Translations under genes and position numbers: made by a program
Shown here: positions 18,154 to 30,362 of the stretch, one piece after another
Layout: the number at the start of each line of letters is the position of its first letter
Position numbering within the stretch: the first letter of the stretch is position 1
Notes under the pieces: generated by a model
What the model saw: the letters and a program-made list of their open reading frames with translations, nothing else
What the model was told of the DNA's origin: nothing
Databases searched by the model: none
Assembly (NCBI GenBank): GCA_043760065.1
Contig: JAYUPN010000064.1
Coordinates: 1 to 44,797, forward strand
Reading direction: 5' to 3'
Length of the DNA stretch: 44,797 nt
Source of the DNA: Rubrivivax sp.
Lineage (GTDB): Bacteria; Pseudomonadota; Gammaproteobacteria; Burkholderiales; Burkholderiaceae_C

Positions 18154-20059
18154 ATGAGCAGCCCTTTGACCCTGATCGTCCTGCTGCCGCTGCTGGGCTT
18201 CTTGCTCAACGGCGTGCTGGCGACGCGGCTGGGCGGCAACCTCGTCGGCAAGCGCTTCGTCACCGTGGTCGGCTGCGGGCTGCCGCTCGCGTCCTTCGCG
18301 CTCGTGCTGCAGTCGCTGGCGCAACTGCAGGCCGGGAACTGGGCGCCGCTGGTGGAGGTCGCCTACCGCTGGGCCCAGTTCGGCGACCGCGGCTTCGAGA
18401 TCGCCTTCTACTTCGACCGCCTGAGCGCGGTGATGGCGCTCATCGTCACCGGCGTCGGCTCGGTGATCCACATCTACTCGGTGGGCTACATGGCCCACGA
18501 CAAAAGCTACGGCCGCTTCTTCGCCTACTTGAACCTGTTCCTGTTCTTCATGCTGCTATTGGTTTTGGGACGGTCACTGCTGGTGCTCTTCGTGGGCTGG
18601 GAAGGCGTGGGGCTGGCGAGCTACCTGCTGATCGGCTTCTGGTTCGACGACCTGGCCAACGCGCGCGCCGGCAAGAAGGCTTTCGTCACCAACCGTGTCG
18701 GCGATGCCGGCTTCCTGCTCGGCATGTTCCTGCTCTACCACGCGGTAGGCACGCTGGACATGGACCGCATCAACGCCGCCTTCGCCGTTACTTCGATGTT
18801 CAGCGGCAGCGCAGCGCCGGCCGTGAGTGCCAGCCTGGTCGGCATCCTGCTGTTCATCGGCGCCAGCGGCAAGTCGGCGCAGATCCCGCTGCACGTCTGG
18901 CTGCCCGACGCGATGGCCGGCCCGACGCCGGTGTCGGCGCTGATCCACGCCGCGACCATGGTCACGGCCGGCGTCTACCTGGTGGCGCGCATGTCGGGCG
19001 TGTACCTGCAGGCACCCGAGGCCTCGGCGGTGATCGCCGTCATCGGCGTCGGCACCGCATTCTTCGCCGCCACCGTGGCGCTGGTGCAGACCGACATCAA
19101 GAAGGTGCTGGCCTACTCCACCGTGTCGCAGCTGGGCTTCATGTTCCTGGCGCTGGGCGTGGGCGCCTACGGCGTGGCCATCTTCCACGTCATGACGCAT
19201 GCGTTCTTCAAGGCCTGCCTGTTCCTGGGCGCTGGCAGCGTGATCCACGCGTTGGGCGGCGAGCAGGACCTGCGCAAGATGGGCGGCCTGGCGCGGCGCA
19301 TCCCGATCACCTTCATCACCTTCGCGGTGGCGACCGCGGCGATCGCCGGCATCCCGCCGCTGGCCGGCTTCTTCAGCAAGGACGAGATCCTCTGGTTCGC
19401 CTTTGCCAGCAGCCGCGGCGGATCGGTGCTGCTGTGGGGCGTGGCAGCGGTCACCGCACTCATGACGGCCTTCTACATGACGCGCCTGCTGTGGCTGGCT
19501 TTCCTGGGCACGTCGCGCATGACGCCCGAGGTCGAACAACACGTGCACGAGTCGCCGTGGTCGATGACCGGCGTGCTGATGCTGCTGGCCGGCCTGTCGG
19601 CGGTGGGCGGCTTCATCGCCGTGCCGCACTTCCTGGAGCCACAGCTGCCGTTGCCGGCCATCGTCCCTCACCTGCACTACTTCGAAAAGCCGCTGCTGAT
19701 CGTGTCGGTGGTGCTGGCCGCGCTGGGCGTGGCAACGGCAGCCTGGCTGTTCGGCGGCGACCCGGCACGCCGCAACGCGCTGCGCGAGCGTTTCGCGACC
19801 GCCCACCGCTGGCTGTCGGCCAAGTACTTCATCGACGAGCTGTACGAGGCGGCGATCGGCCGACCGCTGGTCTGGGTCTCCGACCGCGTCTTCCTGCGCC
19901 TGGGCGACCGCTGGCTGATCGACGGCGCGCTCGACGGCATGGCCGCGCTGGGCCAGCGCAGCGCCGGCTGGCTGGCGCGCGTGCAGACGGGGCAGCTGCA
20001 CCTCTACGCCGCGCTGGTGCTGGCGGGCCTGGTCGGCGCGCTGCTGTGGAGCTGGCGCC

Positions 20060-20067
<8 letters not shown>
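18154..20067 (+). CDS. nuoL: NADH-quinone oxidoreductase subunit L
   Basis: IHIYSVGYM, GWEGVGL.SYLLIGFW, KSAQIPLHVWLPDAMAGPTPVSALIHAATMV, HAFFKA. Confidence 0.95.
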
Positions 20068-21603
<1,536 letters not shown>

Positions 21604-21607
<4 letters not shown>

Positions 21608-23034
21608 ACACGGCCATCGCGCTCGCCGCCTTCAAGGCCCTGCTGCCCGAGCACCTGCTGCTGCTGGGCGTGGTGCTGGTGATCGTGCTGGAGATCGCCG
21701 GCCACGGCCGCCGCTGGTCGCTGGCGGTGGCGCTGGCCTCGGTCGTTGCGGCCGCTGCCGCTGCGGCGGGCCTGGCGCTGCAGGGCTACTCGGCGGCACC
21801 TTTCGCCGGTCACTTCTCTGTGGCGCCCGCGGCGCTGATGGCCAAGGCCGTGGTGCTGGCGCTGGCGCTGCCGGTGCTGCTGATGTCCAGCGACGAATTC
21901 AGCGGCGGCGAATTCCCGCTGTTGCTGCTGTCGTCGCTGTACGGCGCCGGGCTGATGCAATCGGCCGACAGCTTCCTGACGCTGTTTCTGGGCCTCGAGA
22001 TCCTGTCGCTTCCGGTCTACGTGCTCGTGCTGCTGGCCTACAAACGGCCGCAGAGCGCCGAGGCGGCGCTGAAGTACCTGGTGCTGGGCGGCACCGCCAG
22101 CGCAATGTTCCTGATGGGCGCTTCGCTGCTCTACGGCAGCAGCGCCGCGCTGGGCGTCGCACCCGACCAGGCGATGGGCATCGGCAGCTTCGCGCTGGCG
22201 CTGGCATCCGGCGACACGCTGGTGCGCGCCGCCGCGGTGCTGATGCTGCTGTCGCTGTTCCTGAAGGCCGCCGTCGTGCCCTTCCACGCCTGGGCGCCCG
22301 ACGCCTACGAGGCCGCCAGCGTGCCTGTCACGGCCTACATGGCGGTCATCGTCAAGGCCGCGGTGCTGCTGGCTGCGGTGCGGCTGTTCGGCAACGCCGT
22401 GCCGGTGTCGCCGATGCTCGAACTGGTGGCCGTGCTGCCGCTGGTGTCGATCGTCTGGGGCAACCTGGCGGCGATGCGTCAACTCAGCCTGCGCCGGATG
22501 GTGGCCTACAGCTCGATCGCCCACGCCGGCTACCTGTTCTTCGCCCTGCTCGGCGCCGCCGAAGGGCGCCTGCAGGCCACCGTCTTCTACCTGCTTGCCT
22601 ACGGGCTGCTCAACCTGCTCGTCTTCGCGGCGCTGCCCGCTGCCGACGACGACCGCGAACGCGACCTGCTGTCGCAGTTGCAGGGACTGTTCCACCGCAG
22701 CCCCTTCGCGGCGCTGATGATCGGCATCGCCATGCTGTCGCTGGCCGGCATCCCGCCGCTGCCCGGCTTCGTGGCCAAGTTCCTGATCTTCAAGAACGTC
22801 GTCGCTGCCGGGCACATCACCTACGCGGTGCTCGGCCTGGTGGCCAGCTACCTGGGCATCTACTTCTACCTGCGCGTGATCCAGCTCATGTTCATGAGCG
22901 GCGACGCCGCGCCCGCTGCCACAGGCAGCGGCGCGGCGCCAGCGCGGCTCTGGGCCGCCGTGGCCAGTGCAGCCTGCCTGGCCGTGACGCTGGTGATGGC
23001 GCTGTTCCCGGGCTGGGTGCTGGCCCGTTTCTGA
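21604..23034 (+). CDS. nuoN: NADH-quinone oxidoreductase subunit N
   Basis: FLGLEILSLP.Y, S.EAALKY.VLG, K..VVPFH.WAPDAYE, AYSSIAHAGY, SLAGIPPL.GF.AK. Confidence 0.95.
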
Positions 23035-23075
23035 ACGCCGCGCTGCGGGCCGGACGGCTTGGGAGCCGCACGTCC

Positions 23076-23555
23076 TCAGGTGCCGGCGCGCTTGGCCACC
23101 GGCGAATACATGTCCAGCATCTGGACCCGTGTCGCGCGCAGGCGTTCGGACACCACGCCCAGCAATTGCAGCATGAAGGCCATGCCGAACTCCGGGTCGG
23201 CCTTGAAGCTCGCCAGCAGCTCGTCGCCCTCGAAGGCCAGCGCCGTCACCGGCTCCAGCGCCCGCGCCTGGAAGTGCTTGCCCGCGTGAGGCAGCAGGGC
23301 CGACCAGTCGAACTCGTCGCCGGCGTACAGCGTCTGCACGCGCAACACCTGCTCGCCGGGCAATTCGAGTTCCAACGCCACCATGCCCTGCATCAGCAGG
23401 TAGAAGACCGAGTAGTCGTCGCCCTCGTGGAAGATCACCTGCCCGGCGTCGAAGTGCACCTGCTGCGCCAGTCCGGCCAGCTGCGCCGTGTGCTCGGGCC
23501 TGAACTCGGCCACGAAGGGGTGCTGCTGCAGGACATTCAACAGGCTGGGCGGCAT
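23076..23555 (-). CDS. Stand-alone cyclic-nucleotide-binding (Crp-like sensory) domain protein, 159 aa, no HTH
   Basis: AGGAG RBS before ATG 23555; HPF..EF, GQVIFHEGD...FYLL..G.VALE, GDEFDWSALL, F.ARALE, RL.ATR.Q.LDMY. Confidence 0.85.
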   Translation of the reverse strand: MPPSLLNVLQQHPFVAEFRPEHTAQLAGLAQQVHFDAGQVIFHEGDDYSVFYLLMQGMVALELELPGEQVLRVQTLYAGDEFDWSALLPHAGKHFQARALEPVTALAFEGDELLASFKADPEFGMAFMLQLLGVVSERLRATRVQMLDMYSPVAKRAGT

Positions 23556-23586
23556 GGCGGGGCTCCTGGGCAGGCGACGAGCCGCC

Positions 23587-23629
23587 ATTGTGCGCCGGGG
23601 CACGGCGCGCTCTCCTTGCGCTGCCTCAA
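23587..23629 (-). promoter_or_regulatory. FNR-type promoter for the cNMP-domain gene
   Basis: Minus strand TTGAG-GCAG-CGCAA (23629-23616), 23-nt spacer, -10-like CACAAT (23592-23587). Confidence 0.55.
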
Positions 23630-23663
23630 GCCTGCACCGCGCCAGAACGGTCGGGCGACGCGC

Positions 23664-24779
23664 TCATCCCAGCAAGCAGGCCGGGTCGGTGTAGGCGTAG
23701 CCCAGGTCGTGCGCCACCGCCTCGTGCGTGACCCGGCCCTGCACGACGTTGAGCCCGGCGCGCAGGTGCGGGTCTTCGGCCGCGGCGCGCTGCCAGCCTT
23801 TGTCAGCCAGCGCCAGTGCGTGTCCGATGGTGGCGTTGTTCAAGGCGAATGTCGAGGTGCGGGCCACGGCGCCGGGCATGTTGGCCACGCAGTAATGGAT
23901 GACGCCGTCGACGACGTAGGTCGGGTCGGCGTGGGTGGTGGCGTGCGAGGTCTCGAAGCAGCCGCCCTGGTCGATCGCCACGTCGACGATCACGGCGCCC
24001 TTCTTCATGCGCGCGACCATCGCCCGCGTCACCAGCTTGGGCGCCGCAGCACCCGGGATCAGCACGCCGCCGATCACGAGATCGGCCTGCACGATCATCT
24101 CTTCGATCGCGTGCGCGGTCGAGTACACCGTGGCGATGCGGTTGCCGAAGATCAGGTCGAGCTGGCGCAGGCGGTCGATCTGGCGGTCGAACACCGTGAC
24201 GCGCGCGCCCAGGCCGACGGCCATCTGCAGCGCGTTGGTGCCGACCACCCCTGCGCCCAGGATCAGCACCTGTGCCGGCATCACGCCGGGCACGCCGCCC
24301 AGCAGCAGCCCCATGCCGCCCTTGCTCTTCTCCAGGTGCGCGGCACCGGCCTGGATGGCCATGCGGCCCGCGACCTCGCTCATCGGCGCCAGCAGCGGCA
24401 GGCCGCCACCGGCGCCGGTGATGGTCTCGTAGGCGACGCAGACCGCGCCCGACTGCACCAGCGCCGCGGTCTGCGCAGGGTCGGGCGCCAGGTGCAGGTA
24501 GGTGTAGAGGATCTGGCCCGGCCGCAGCAGGCTGCACTCGTGCGGCTGCGGTTCCTTGACCTTGACGATCATCTCGGCCCACGCAAACAGCGCGTCGGGC
24601 CCATCAGCGAGCGTGGCGCCGGCATGCACGTACTGCGCGTCGTCGAGGCCGATCGCCGCACCGGCGCCAGCCTGCACGCGCACCTCGTGGCCGTGTGCGT
24701 GCAACTCGTGCACGCTGGCCGGCGTGAGGCCGACGCGGTACTCGTTGTTCTTGATCTCCTTCGGGACCCCGATGTGCAT
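23664..24779 (-). CDS. ald: Alanine dehydrogenase
   Basis: GGAGG RBS; [65 protein letters not shown]; 371 aa. Confidence 0.96.
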   Translation of the reverse strand: MHIGVPKEIKNNEYRVGLTPASVHELHAHGHEVRVQAGAGAAIGLDDAQYVHAGATLADGPDALFAWAEMIVKVKEPQPHECSLLRPGQILYTYLHLAPDPAQTAALVQSGAVCVAYETITGAGGGLPLLAPMSEVAGRMAIQAGAAHLEKSKGGMGLLLGGVPGVMPAQVLILGAGVVGTNALQMAVGLGARVTVFDRQIDRLRQLDLIFGNRIATVYSTAHAIEEMIVQADLVIGGVLIPGAAAPKLVTRAMVARMKKGAVIVDVAIDQGGCFETSHATTHADPTYVVDGVIHYCVANMPGAVARTSTFALNNATIGHALALADKGWQRAAAEDPHLRAGLNVVQGRVTHEAVAHDLGYAYTDPACLLG

Positions 24780-24808
24780 GACGGACCTCCGGCGCTGAAA
24801 GTGGCGCG

Positions 24809-24850
24809 ATCTTCTACCGCCGCGCGGGCGCCGGCTTTCATCTGCATCAA
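24809..24850 (-). promoter_or_regulatory. Class II FNR-type promoter for ald
   Basis: Minus strand TTGAT-GCAG-ATGAA (24850-24837), 22-nt spacer, -10-like GAAGAT (24814-24809). Confidence 0.68.
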
Positions 24851-24889
24851 GGACCGTTGAGAGTGAACGACGCCGCCGCCCGCCGCTTG

Positions 24890-24931
24890 TTGATCCACCG
24901 CAAGCCTCCCCGCGCAAGCGGCCGCTACGCT
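24890..24931 (+). promoter_or_regulatory. Class II FNR-type promoter for the nfnAB-korAB operon
   Basis: TTGAT-CCAC-CGCAA (24890-24903), 22-nt spacer, -10 TACGCT (24926-24931). Confidence 0.72.
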
Positions 24932-25034
24932 GCCGCTGTCCGTCATCACGCGGTCGTCTCCGAGCCGGCGTGACCCCCGCCGCCCACCAGACGAGAGGCC
25001 ACAACATCGAAGCACCGCCAGCCAAGGGCTTGCC

Positions 25035-25901
25035 ATGTCCGGTTTCGAGATCGTTGAGCGCACCGACTTCTCGGACGTGAGTTACCTGCTGGAGATCCAC
25101 CACCCGCAGATGGCGCGCGCGGCGCGCCCCGGCCAGTTCGTGATCGTGATGGAACACGCGCAGGGCGAGCGCATCCCGCTGACGATCGCCGACTTCGACC
25201 GCGACAAGGGCACCATCACGCTCGTCATCCAGGCCGTCGGCAAGACGACGCTGCAGATGCAGCGCAACTGCCGCGTCGGCACACAGTTGCACGCGATGGT
25301 CGGCCCGATGGGCATCCCCAGCCCCATCGGCCAGGCGAAGAAGGTGCTGTGCGTCGGCGGCGGCCTGGGCGTGGCGCCGGTCTACCCCCAAGCGCGCGCC
25401 TACAAGGAAAGCGGCGCCTACGTGATCGGCGTGCTCGGCTTCCGCAACCAGGGCCTGATGTTCTGGGAGGACAAGTTCCGCGCCTGCTGCGACGAGCTCA
25501 TCGTCTGCACCGACGACGGCTCGGCCGGCATCCAGGGCCTGGTCACCGAAGGCATCCGGCAGGCGATCTCGGCGCACGCCGACATCGACGAGGTGGTGGC
25601 CATCGGCCCGCCGATCATGATGAAAGGCTGCGCCGACGCGACGCGGCCGTTCGGCATCAAGACCATGGTCAGCCTCAACCCGGTGATGGTCGACGGCACC
25701 GGCATGTGCGGCGGCTGCCGCGTGAAGATCGGCGACAGCATCAAGTTCGCCTGCGTCGACGGGCCCGACTTCGACGGTCACCAGGTCGATTTCGACGACC
25801 TGATGGCGCGCCTGGGACGCTACAGGCCGACCGAGAAGGCTGCGCTGCAGGCGTGGCAGGACAGCTGCCGCCTGCGTGGCGGCGATGGCCATGCGCACTG
25901 A
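25035..25901 (+). CDS. nfnA: NfnA/SudB-like FAD/[2Fe-2S] subunit of NADH-dependent reduced ferredoxin:NADP+ oxidoreductase
   Basis: PGQFVI....GERIPLTIAD, VGGGLGVAP, AIGP.IMMK, SLNP.MVDGTGMCGGCRV...FACVDGPDFDGH. Confidence 0.88.
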   Translation: MSGFEIVERTDFSDVSYLLEIHHPQMARAARPGQFVIVMEHAQGERIPLTIADFDRDKGTITLVIQAVGKTTLQMQRNCRVGTQLHAMVGPMGIPSPIGQAKKVLCVGGGLGVAPVYPQARAYKESGAYVIGVLGFRNQGLMFWEDKFRACCDELIVCTDDGSAGIQGLVTEGIRQAISAHADIDEVVAIGPPIMMKGCADATRPFGIKTMVSLNPVMVDGTGMCGGCRVKIGDSIKFACVDGPDFDGHQVDFDDLMARLGRYRPTEKAALQAWQDSCRLRGGDGHAH

Positions 25902-25929
25902 AGCGCGCCGAGCAGCAGGAGACCCGCGC

Positions 25930-27438
25930 ATGGCGACCAAGAAGAAGACGATCCGCAGCATCCCGCAGGCGCGCACGCCGATGCCCGAGCAGGCGCCGGA
26001 GTTGCGTGTCAGGAACTTCGACGAGGTGGCCACCGGCTACCGACTGGAAGACGCTCTGGTCGAATCCGCACGTTGCCTTGACTGCGCCGACCAGCCCTGC
26101 GTGCGCGGCTGCCCGGTGGGCATCGACATCCCCGGCTTCATCAAGAAGATCGAGGCCAAGAACCTCCACGGCGCCTACGACGTCATCACCGACACCAACC
26201 TGCTGCCCAGCGTCTGCGGCCGCGTCTGCCCGCAGGAGAACCAGTGCGAAGGCGTGTGCACGGTCGGCGACACACTCGAGCCGGTGGCCATCGGGCGCCT
26301 GGAGCGTTTCGTCGGCGACATGGCGATTGCCGAAGGCTGGGCCAACGTGCCCTACATCGAGCGCACGCGCTTCAAGGTCGGTATCGTCGGCTCGGGCCCG
26401 GCGGGCATGGCTTGCGCCGCCGACATGGCCAAGGCCGGCTGCGACGTCACGGTGTTCGAGGCCTTCCACGAACCCGGTGGCGTGCTCAAGTACGGCATCC
26501 CCGACTTCCGCCTGCCCAACGCCGTGGTCGACGTCGAGATCGGCAAGCTCGAGCAACTGGGCATCCGCTTCGAGTGCAACACGCTCGTCGGGCGCCTGTT
26601 CACGGTCGAGCAGATGCTCACCGAGACGGGCTTCCACGCCGTCTTCATCGGCACCGGCGCCGGCACCCCCAGCTTCATGGGCATCCCGGGCGAATCGCTG
26701 GGCGGGGTGCTGTCGGCCAACGAGTGGCTGACGCGCTGCAACCTGATGCGTGGTCGCGACTTCCCGGCCTTCGACACGCCGTTGCAGCCGGGCCGCCGCG
26801 TGGCCGTCATCGGCGCCGGCAACACCGCGATGGACGCCATGCGCGTGTCGCTGCGCGTCGGCGCCGAGAAGGTGTACTGCGTCTACCGCCGCAGCGCCGC
26901 CGAAGCGCCGGTGCGCGCCGAGGAGATCCACCACGCGCAGCAGGAAGGCATCGAATTCCTGTGGCTGACGAGCCCGCTCGAACTGCTGGGAGACGAGAAC
27001 AAGAACGTGCGCGCGATGCGCTGCGAGCGCATGGCGCTGGGCGAGCCCGATGCGTCGGGCCGGCGCAAGCCCATTGCTGTCCCTGGCAGCAAATTCGAAC
27101 TCGAAACCGACATGGTGGTGTTCGCCATCGGCACCAACGCCAACCCGATCCTGGGCCAGACCTCGGCGCTGAAGCTGAACAAGCGCGGCTACATCGAGAC
27201 CGACGACAACCTCGCGACCTCGATCGCCGGCGTCTTTGCCGGCGGCGACATCGTCACCGGCGCGGCCACCGTGATCCAGGCCATGGGCGCAGGGCGCAAG
27301 GCCGCGCGCGGCATGAAGTCCTACCTCGGTCTGCAAGACACCGAGCGCGTCTACACGCCGAGCGGCGACGACCCTGACTCGCGCCTGTTCGGCATCCCGC
27401 GCAACGAACGCGGGTACGCACGCGTCCACCTGGCCTGA
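25930..27438 (+). CDS. nfnB: NfnB/SudA-like (GltD-family) FAD/2[4Fe-4S] NADP(H) subunit
   Basis: AGGAG RBS; RCLDC..QPC..GCP, CGRVCPQENQCE, GSGPAG, YGIP.FRLP, GAGNTAMD, YRR, FAGGDIVTGAATVI; directly follows nfnA; no gltB nearby. Confidence 0.85.
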   Translation: MATKKKTIRSIPQARTPMPEQAPELRVRNFDEVATGYRLEDALVESARCLDCADQPCVRGCPVGIDIPGFIKKIEAKNLHGAYDVITDTNLLPSVCGRVCPQENQCEGVCTVGDTLEPVAIGRLERFVGDMAIAEGWANVPYIERTRFKVGIVGSGPAGMACAADMAKAGCDVTVFEAFHEPGGVLKYGIPDFRLPNAVVDVEIGKLEQLGIRFECNTLVGRLFTVEQMLTETGFHAVFIGTGAGTPSFMGIPGESLGGVLSANEWLTRCNLMRGRDFPAFDTPLQPGRRVAVIGAGNTAMDAMRVSLRVGAEKVYCVYRRSAAEAPVRAEEIHHAQQEGIEFLWLTSPLELLGDENKNVRAMRCERMALGEPDASGRRKPIAVPGSKFELETDMVVFAIGTNANPILGQTSALKLNKRGYIETDDNLATSIAGVFAGGDIVTGAATVIQAMGAGRKAARGMKSYLGLQDTERVYTPSGDDPDSRLFGIPRNERGYARVHLA

Positions 27439-27449
27439 GACCTTCGATC

Positions 27450-29351
27450 ATGAACGACACCGCCCTTCTCGACCGCCCCACCTCCGCCGCACCGCGCCCT
27501 GCAACGACGATCAGCGAGCACATCGTCGAGGTCATCAGCGACTCCGGCGAAGGTGCGCAGCGCTGCGGCCAGAGCCTGGCGGCGATCGCCGCGCGCATGG
27601 GCAACGGCATCTGGACGACCGAGATCATCCCGGCCGAGATCCAGCCGCCGGCGCGCAGCGTCGCCGGCGCCAGCGGCATCCGCATCCGCATCGGCGCGCA
27701 GCGCGTCACCAACGGCGGCGACCAGACCGACCTCGTGGTGGCCTTCAACGAGCAGGTGCTGATCGGGCGTGTCCAGGCCGGTGAACTCAAGCCAGGCGCC
27801 ACCATCCTGCTGGAAAGCATGTGGGCCGAACACCGCGACCCGGCCGTCGTCCAGAGCTACCGCAAGACCGTGCAGGCGCTGCACAAGGACGGCTTCAAGG
27901 TCATCGAGGCGCCGTTCGAAGCGCGCTGCAAGGAACTCGTCGCCGACCCGCGCAAGGGCAAGAACATGTTCGTGCTCGGCCTGCTGTGCAACCTGTACGG
28001 ACTGGACGCGGCGCTGGCGCGAGAACAGATCGCGCGCATCTTCGGCAAGAAGGACGAGAAGGTCATCCAGAGCAGTGTCGCGCTCTGCGAGGCCGGCGCG
28101 GCCTGGGGCGAAGCCCACCTTCACTTCAAGTACCGCATCCCGGCGCAGAAGTCCAAGGAAGCGCAAGTCGTGATCAGCGGCAACACCGCGGTCGCGCTGG
28201 GCGTGATGGCCTCGGGCATGGACATCTGCGCGATGTACCCGATCACGCCGGCCACTTCGGCCTCGCACTACCTGAGCGAGGTGTTCGAGGGTGTCGGCGG
28301 CCTGGTGCACCAGGCCGAGGACGAGATCGCCGCCTGCGCCTTTGCCATCGGCGCCAGCTACGCCGGCAAGTGCGCCGTCACGATCACCTCGGGGCCGGGC
28401 TACTCGCTCAAGCAGGAGGCGATCGGCCTGGCGGTGATGGCCGAGATCCCGCTGGTGATCGTCAACGTGCAACGCGGCGGGCCCAGCACCGGGCAGCCGA
28501 CGAAGGTCGAGCAAGGCGACGCGCTGGCCGCCATCTTCGGCAGCCACGGCGACGCGCCCAAGGTGGTGATGGCGGCGTGCAGCATCGAGGACTGCTTCTA
28601 CGCGGTGATCACGGCGCGCAAGATCGCCGAGACCTTCGGCATGGTGGTGGTGGTGCTGTCCGACGCCAGCCTGTCCACGGCGCAACAGCCCTTCCCGCGC
28701 CCGGTGTTCAGCGAGGACTGGCTCGCGCCGCCGGTCGACCAGACGCCGGTGCCGCCTGGCGCCAGGCCCTACGACTGGGACCCCGTCACCGGTCTGTCGC
28801 GCCGCTTCCAGCCGGGGCAGCCCGGCGGCATGCACACCCTCACCGGCCTCGCGCACGACCGCGCCAGCAAGGTCGCCTATGACCCGAAGATCAATGAAGA
28901 AGGTCTGCGCGCGCGCAGCCTCAAGCTGGCGGCGCTGCAGAAGACGCTGAAGGCGCCACCGGTCTTCGGCCCCCCCGAAGGCGACCTGCTGCTCGTCGGT
29001 TGGGGCAGCACGATGGGCGCCATCGAAGAAGCCGTGACGCGGCTGCGCGCCGAAGGGCTGGCGGTGAGTTCGATGCACCTGCGCTTCCTGCAGCCCATGC
29101 CATCTGGCATCCGCGAGATCCTGGCCGGTTTCAAACACGTGATGACGATCGAAGGCAACTGGTCCGACAAGATCGAGGATCAGTTGATCGACGAAGACAA
29201 CCGCCGCTACTCGGCGCTGGCGATGCTGCTGCGCTCGCGCTTCCTGGTCGACATCGACTGCTGGAGCGAAGCACGCGGCCAGCCCATCAAGCCCGGCGAC
29301 ATCTGCCGCGTCGTGCGCAACGCCCTGCAAACCAAAGGCCGAACGTCATGA
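27450..29351 (+). CDS. korA: 2-oxoacid:ferredoxin oxidoreductase alpha subunit (gamma-alpha fused, KorA/OorA type)
   Basis: DSGEGAQ, EIIPAEI, KNMFVLG, YPITPA, QAEDEIAA, TSGPG.SLK.E, VQRGGPSTG.PTK.EQGD; substrate specificity not determinable. Confidence 0.85.
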   Translation: MNDTALLDRPTSAAPRPATTISEHIVEVISDSGEGAQRCGQSLAAIAARMGNGIWTTEIIPAEIQPPARSVAGASGIRIRIGAQRVTNGGDQTDLVVAFNEQVLIGRVQAGELKPGATILLESMWAEHRDPAVVQSYRKTVQALHKDGFKVIEAPFEARCKELVADPRKGKNMFVLGLLCNLYGLDAALAREQIARIFGKKDEKVIQSSVALCEAGAAWGEAHLHFKYRIPAQKSKEAQVVISGNTAVALGVMASGMDICAMYPITPATSASHYLSEVFEGVGGLVHQAEDEIAACAFAIGASYAGKCAVTITSGPGYSLKQEAIGLAVMAEIPLVIVNVQRGGPSTGQPTKVEQGDALAAIFGSHGDAPKVVMAACSIEDCFYAVITARKIAETFGMVVVVLSDASLSTAQQPFPRPVFSEDWLAPPVDQTPVPPGARPYDWDPVTGLSRRFQPGQPGGMHTLTGLAHDRASKVAYDPKINEEGLRARSLKLAALQKTLKAPPVFGPPEGDLLLVGWGSTMGAIEEAVTRLRAEGLAVSSMHLRFLQPMPSGIREILAGFKHVMTIEGNWSDKIEDQLIDEDNRRYSALAMLLRSRFLVDIDCWSEARGQPIKPGDICRVVRNALQTKGRTS

Positions 29352-30349
29352 GCCGATCACCCGCCCGATCGCTGAGCCAGTGCGTGATCCAGCTGCACGA
29401 GGAGCACCACGCGCTGGAGGACTACCAGGGCGGCGTGCCGCGCTGGTGCAACGGCTGCGGCGACAACGCCATCCTGGCCGCCATGCAGCGCCTGTGCAGC
29501 GAGGAAGACCTGGCGCCCGAGAACACGGTGTTCGTGTCCGGCATCGGCTGCAGCAGCCGCTTGCCGCACTACATGAGGACCTACGGTTTCCACGGCATCC
29601 ACGGCCGCGCGTTTCCGGTCGCCGAGGGCATCAAGATGGCGCGGCCCGATCTGAACGTCTTCGTCAGCACCGGCGACGGCGACTGCTGCAGCATCGGCGC
29701 GGCGCACTGGATCCACGCCCTGCGCTACAACATGAACTTCACCGTCATCCTGCACGACAACCACGTCTACGGGCTGACCAAGAAGCAGGCCTCGCCGACC
29801 AGCCCCAAGGGCTTCAAGAGCAACACCACGCCCTACGGCGCGATGCTCGAACCGATGAACCCGCTGACGGTGTCGCTGGGCGTGCAGGGGGCGTCGTTCA
29901 TCGCCCAGGGCGTCGACTGGGTGCCCGAGGTGCTGTACGACATCGTGCGCGCCGCCTTCAAGCACCGCGGCTTCTCTTTCGTGCGCATCCTGCAGCGCTG
30001 CCCCGAGTTCATGCCCAAAGCCTTCGACCCCTGGCTGCACGATCCGCAACGCACGATGCTGTTGACGCACAAGGACGGCCTGCAGCTCAGCGCCGGCCTG
30101 AGCAGCGCCTACCGCAATCAGCGTCCGCACGACCCGCGCGACATCGACCAGGCGCGCGAGATCGCGTCGATGGACGAGCCGATCCCGGTCGGCATCCTGT
30201 ACCGCAACCCCGATGCACCGTGTTACGAGGATCTGCGCCATGCCGGGCAGATGCGCTCGCCGGCGACCATCCGCGCCGGCCTGAACCGCGAGTTCGACAA
30301 GTACACCGTGTGGCCCGACGACGGCGTGCAGGCGCAGCACGCGGCATGA
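29348..30349 (+). CDS. korB: 2-oxoacid:ferredoxin oxidoreductase beta (TPP-binding) subunit
   Basis: WCNGCGD, VSGIGCSSR, GFHGIHGR, GDGD..SIG, DN.VYGLTK.QASPT; ATGA overlap with alpha. Confidence 0.87.
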   Translation: MSRSPARSLSQCVIQLHEEHHALEDYQGGVPRWCNGCGDNAILAAMQRLCSEEDLAPENTVFVSGIGCSSRLPHYMRTYGFHGIHGRAFPVAEGIKMARPDLNVFVSTGDGDCCSIGAAHWIHALRYNMNFTVILHDNHVYGLTKKQASPTSPKGFKSNTTPYGAMLEPMNPLTVSLGVQGASFIAQGVDWVPEVLYDIVRAAFKHRGFSFVRILQRCPEFMPKAFDPWLHDPQRTMLLTHKDGLQLSAGLSSAYRNQRPHDPRDIDQAREIASMDEPIPVGILYRNPDAPCYEDLRHAGQMRSPATIRAGLNREFDKYTVWPDDGVQAQHAA

Positions 30350-30362
30350 ACGAGAGAGCGTG

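Noticed and set aside
23664-26033. 789-aa ORF suggesting a large N-terminal fusion to alanine dehydrogenase
   Set aside because: The extension is antisense to nfnA and crosses the promoter region; ald has its own GGAGG and ATG at 24779.
25930-27438. Glutamate synthase small subunit call for this gene and for 39308-40954
   Set aside because: No gltB in the window; the partners are NfnA and PorABC respectively.
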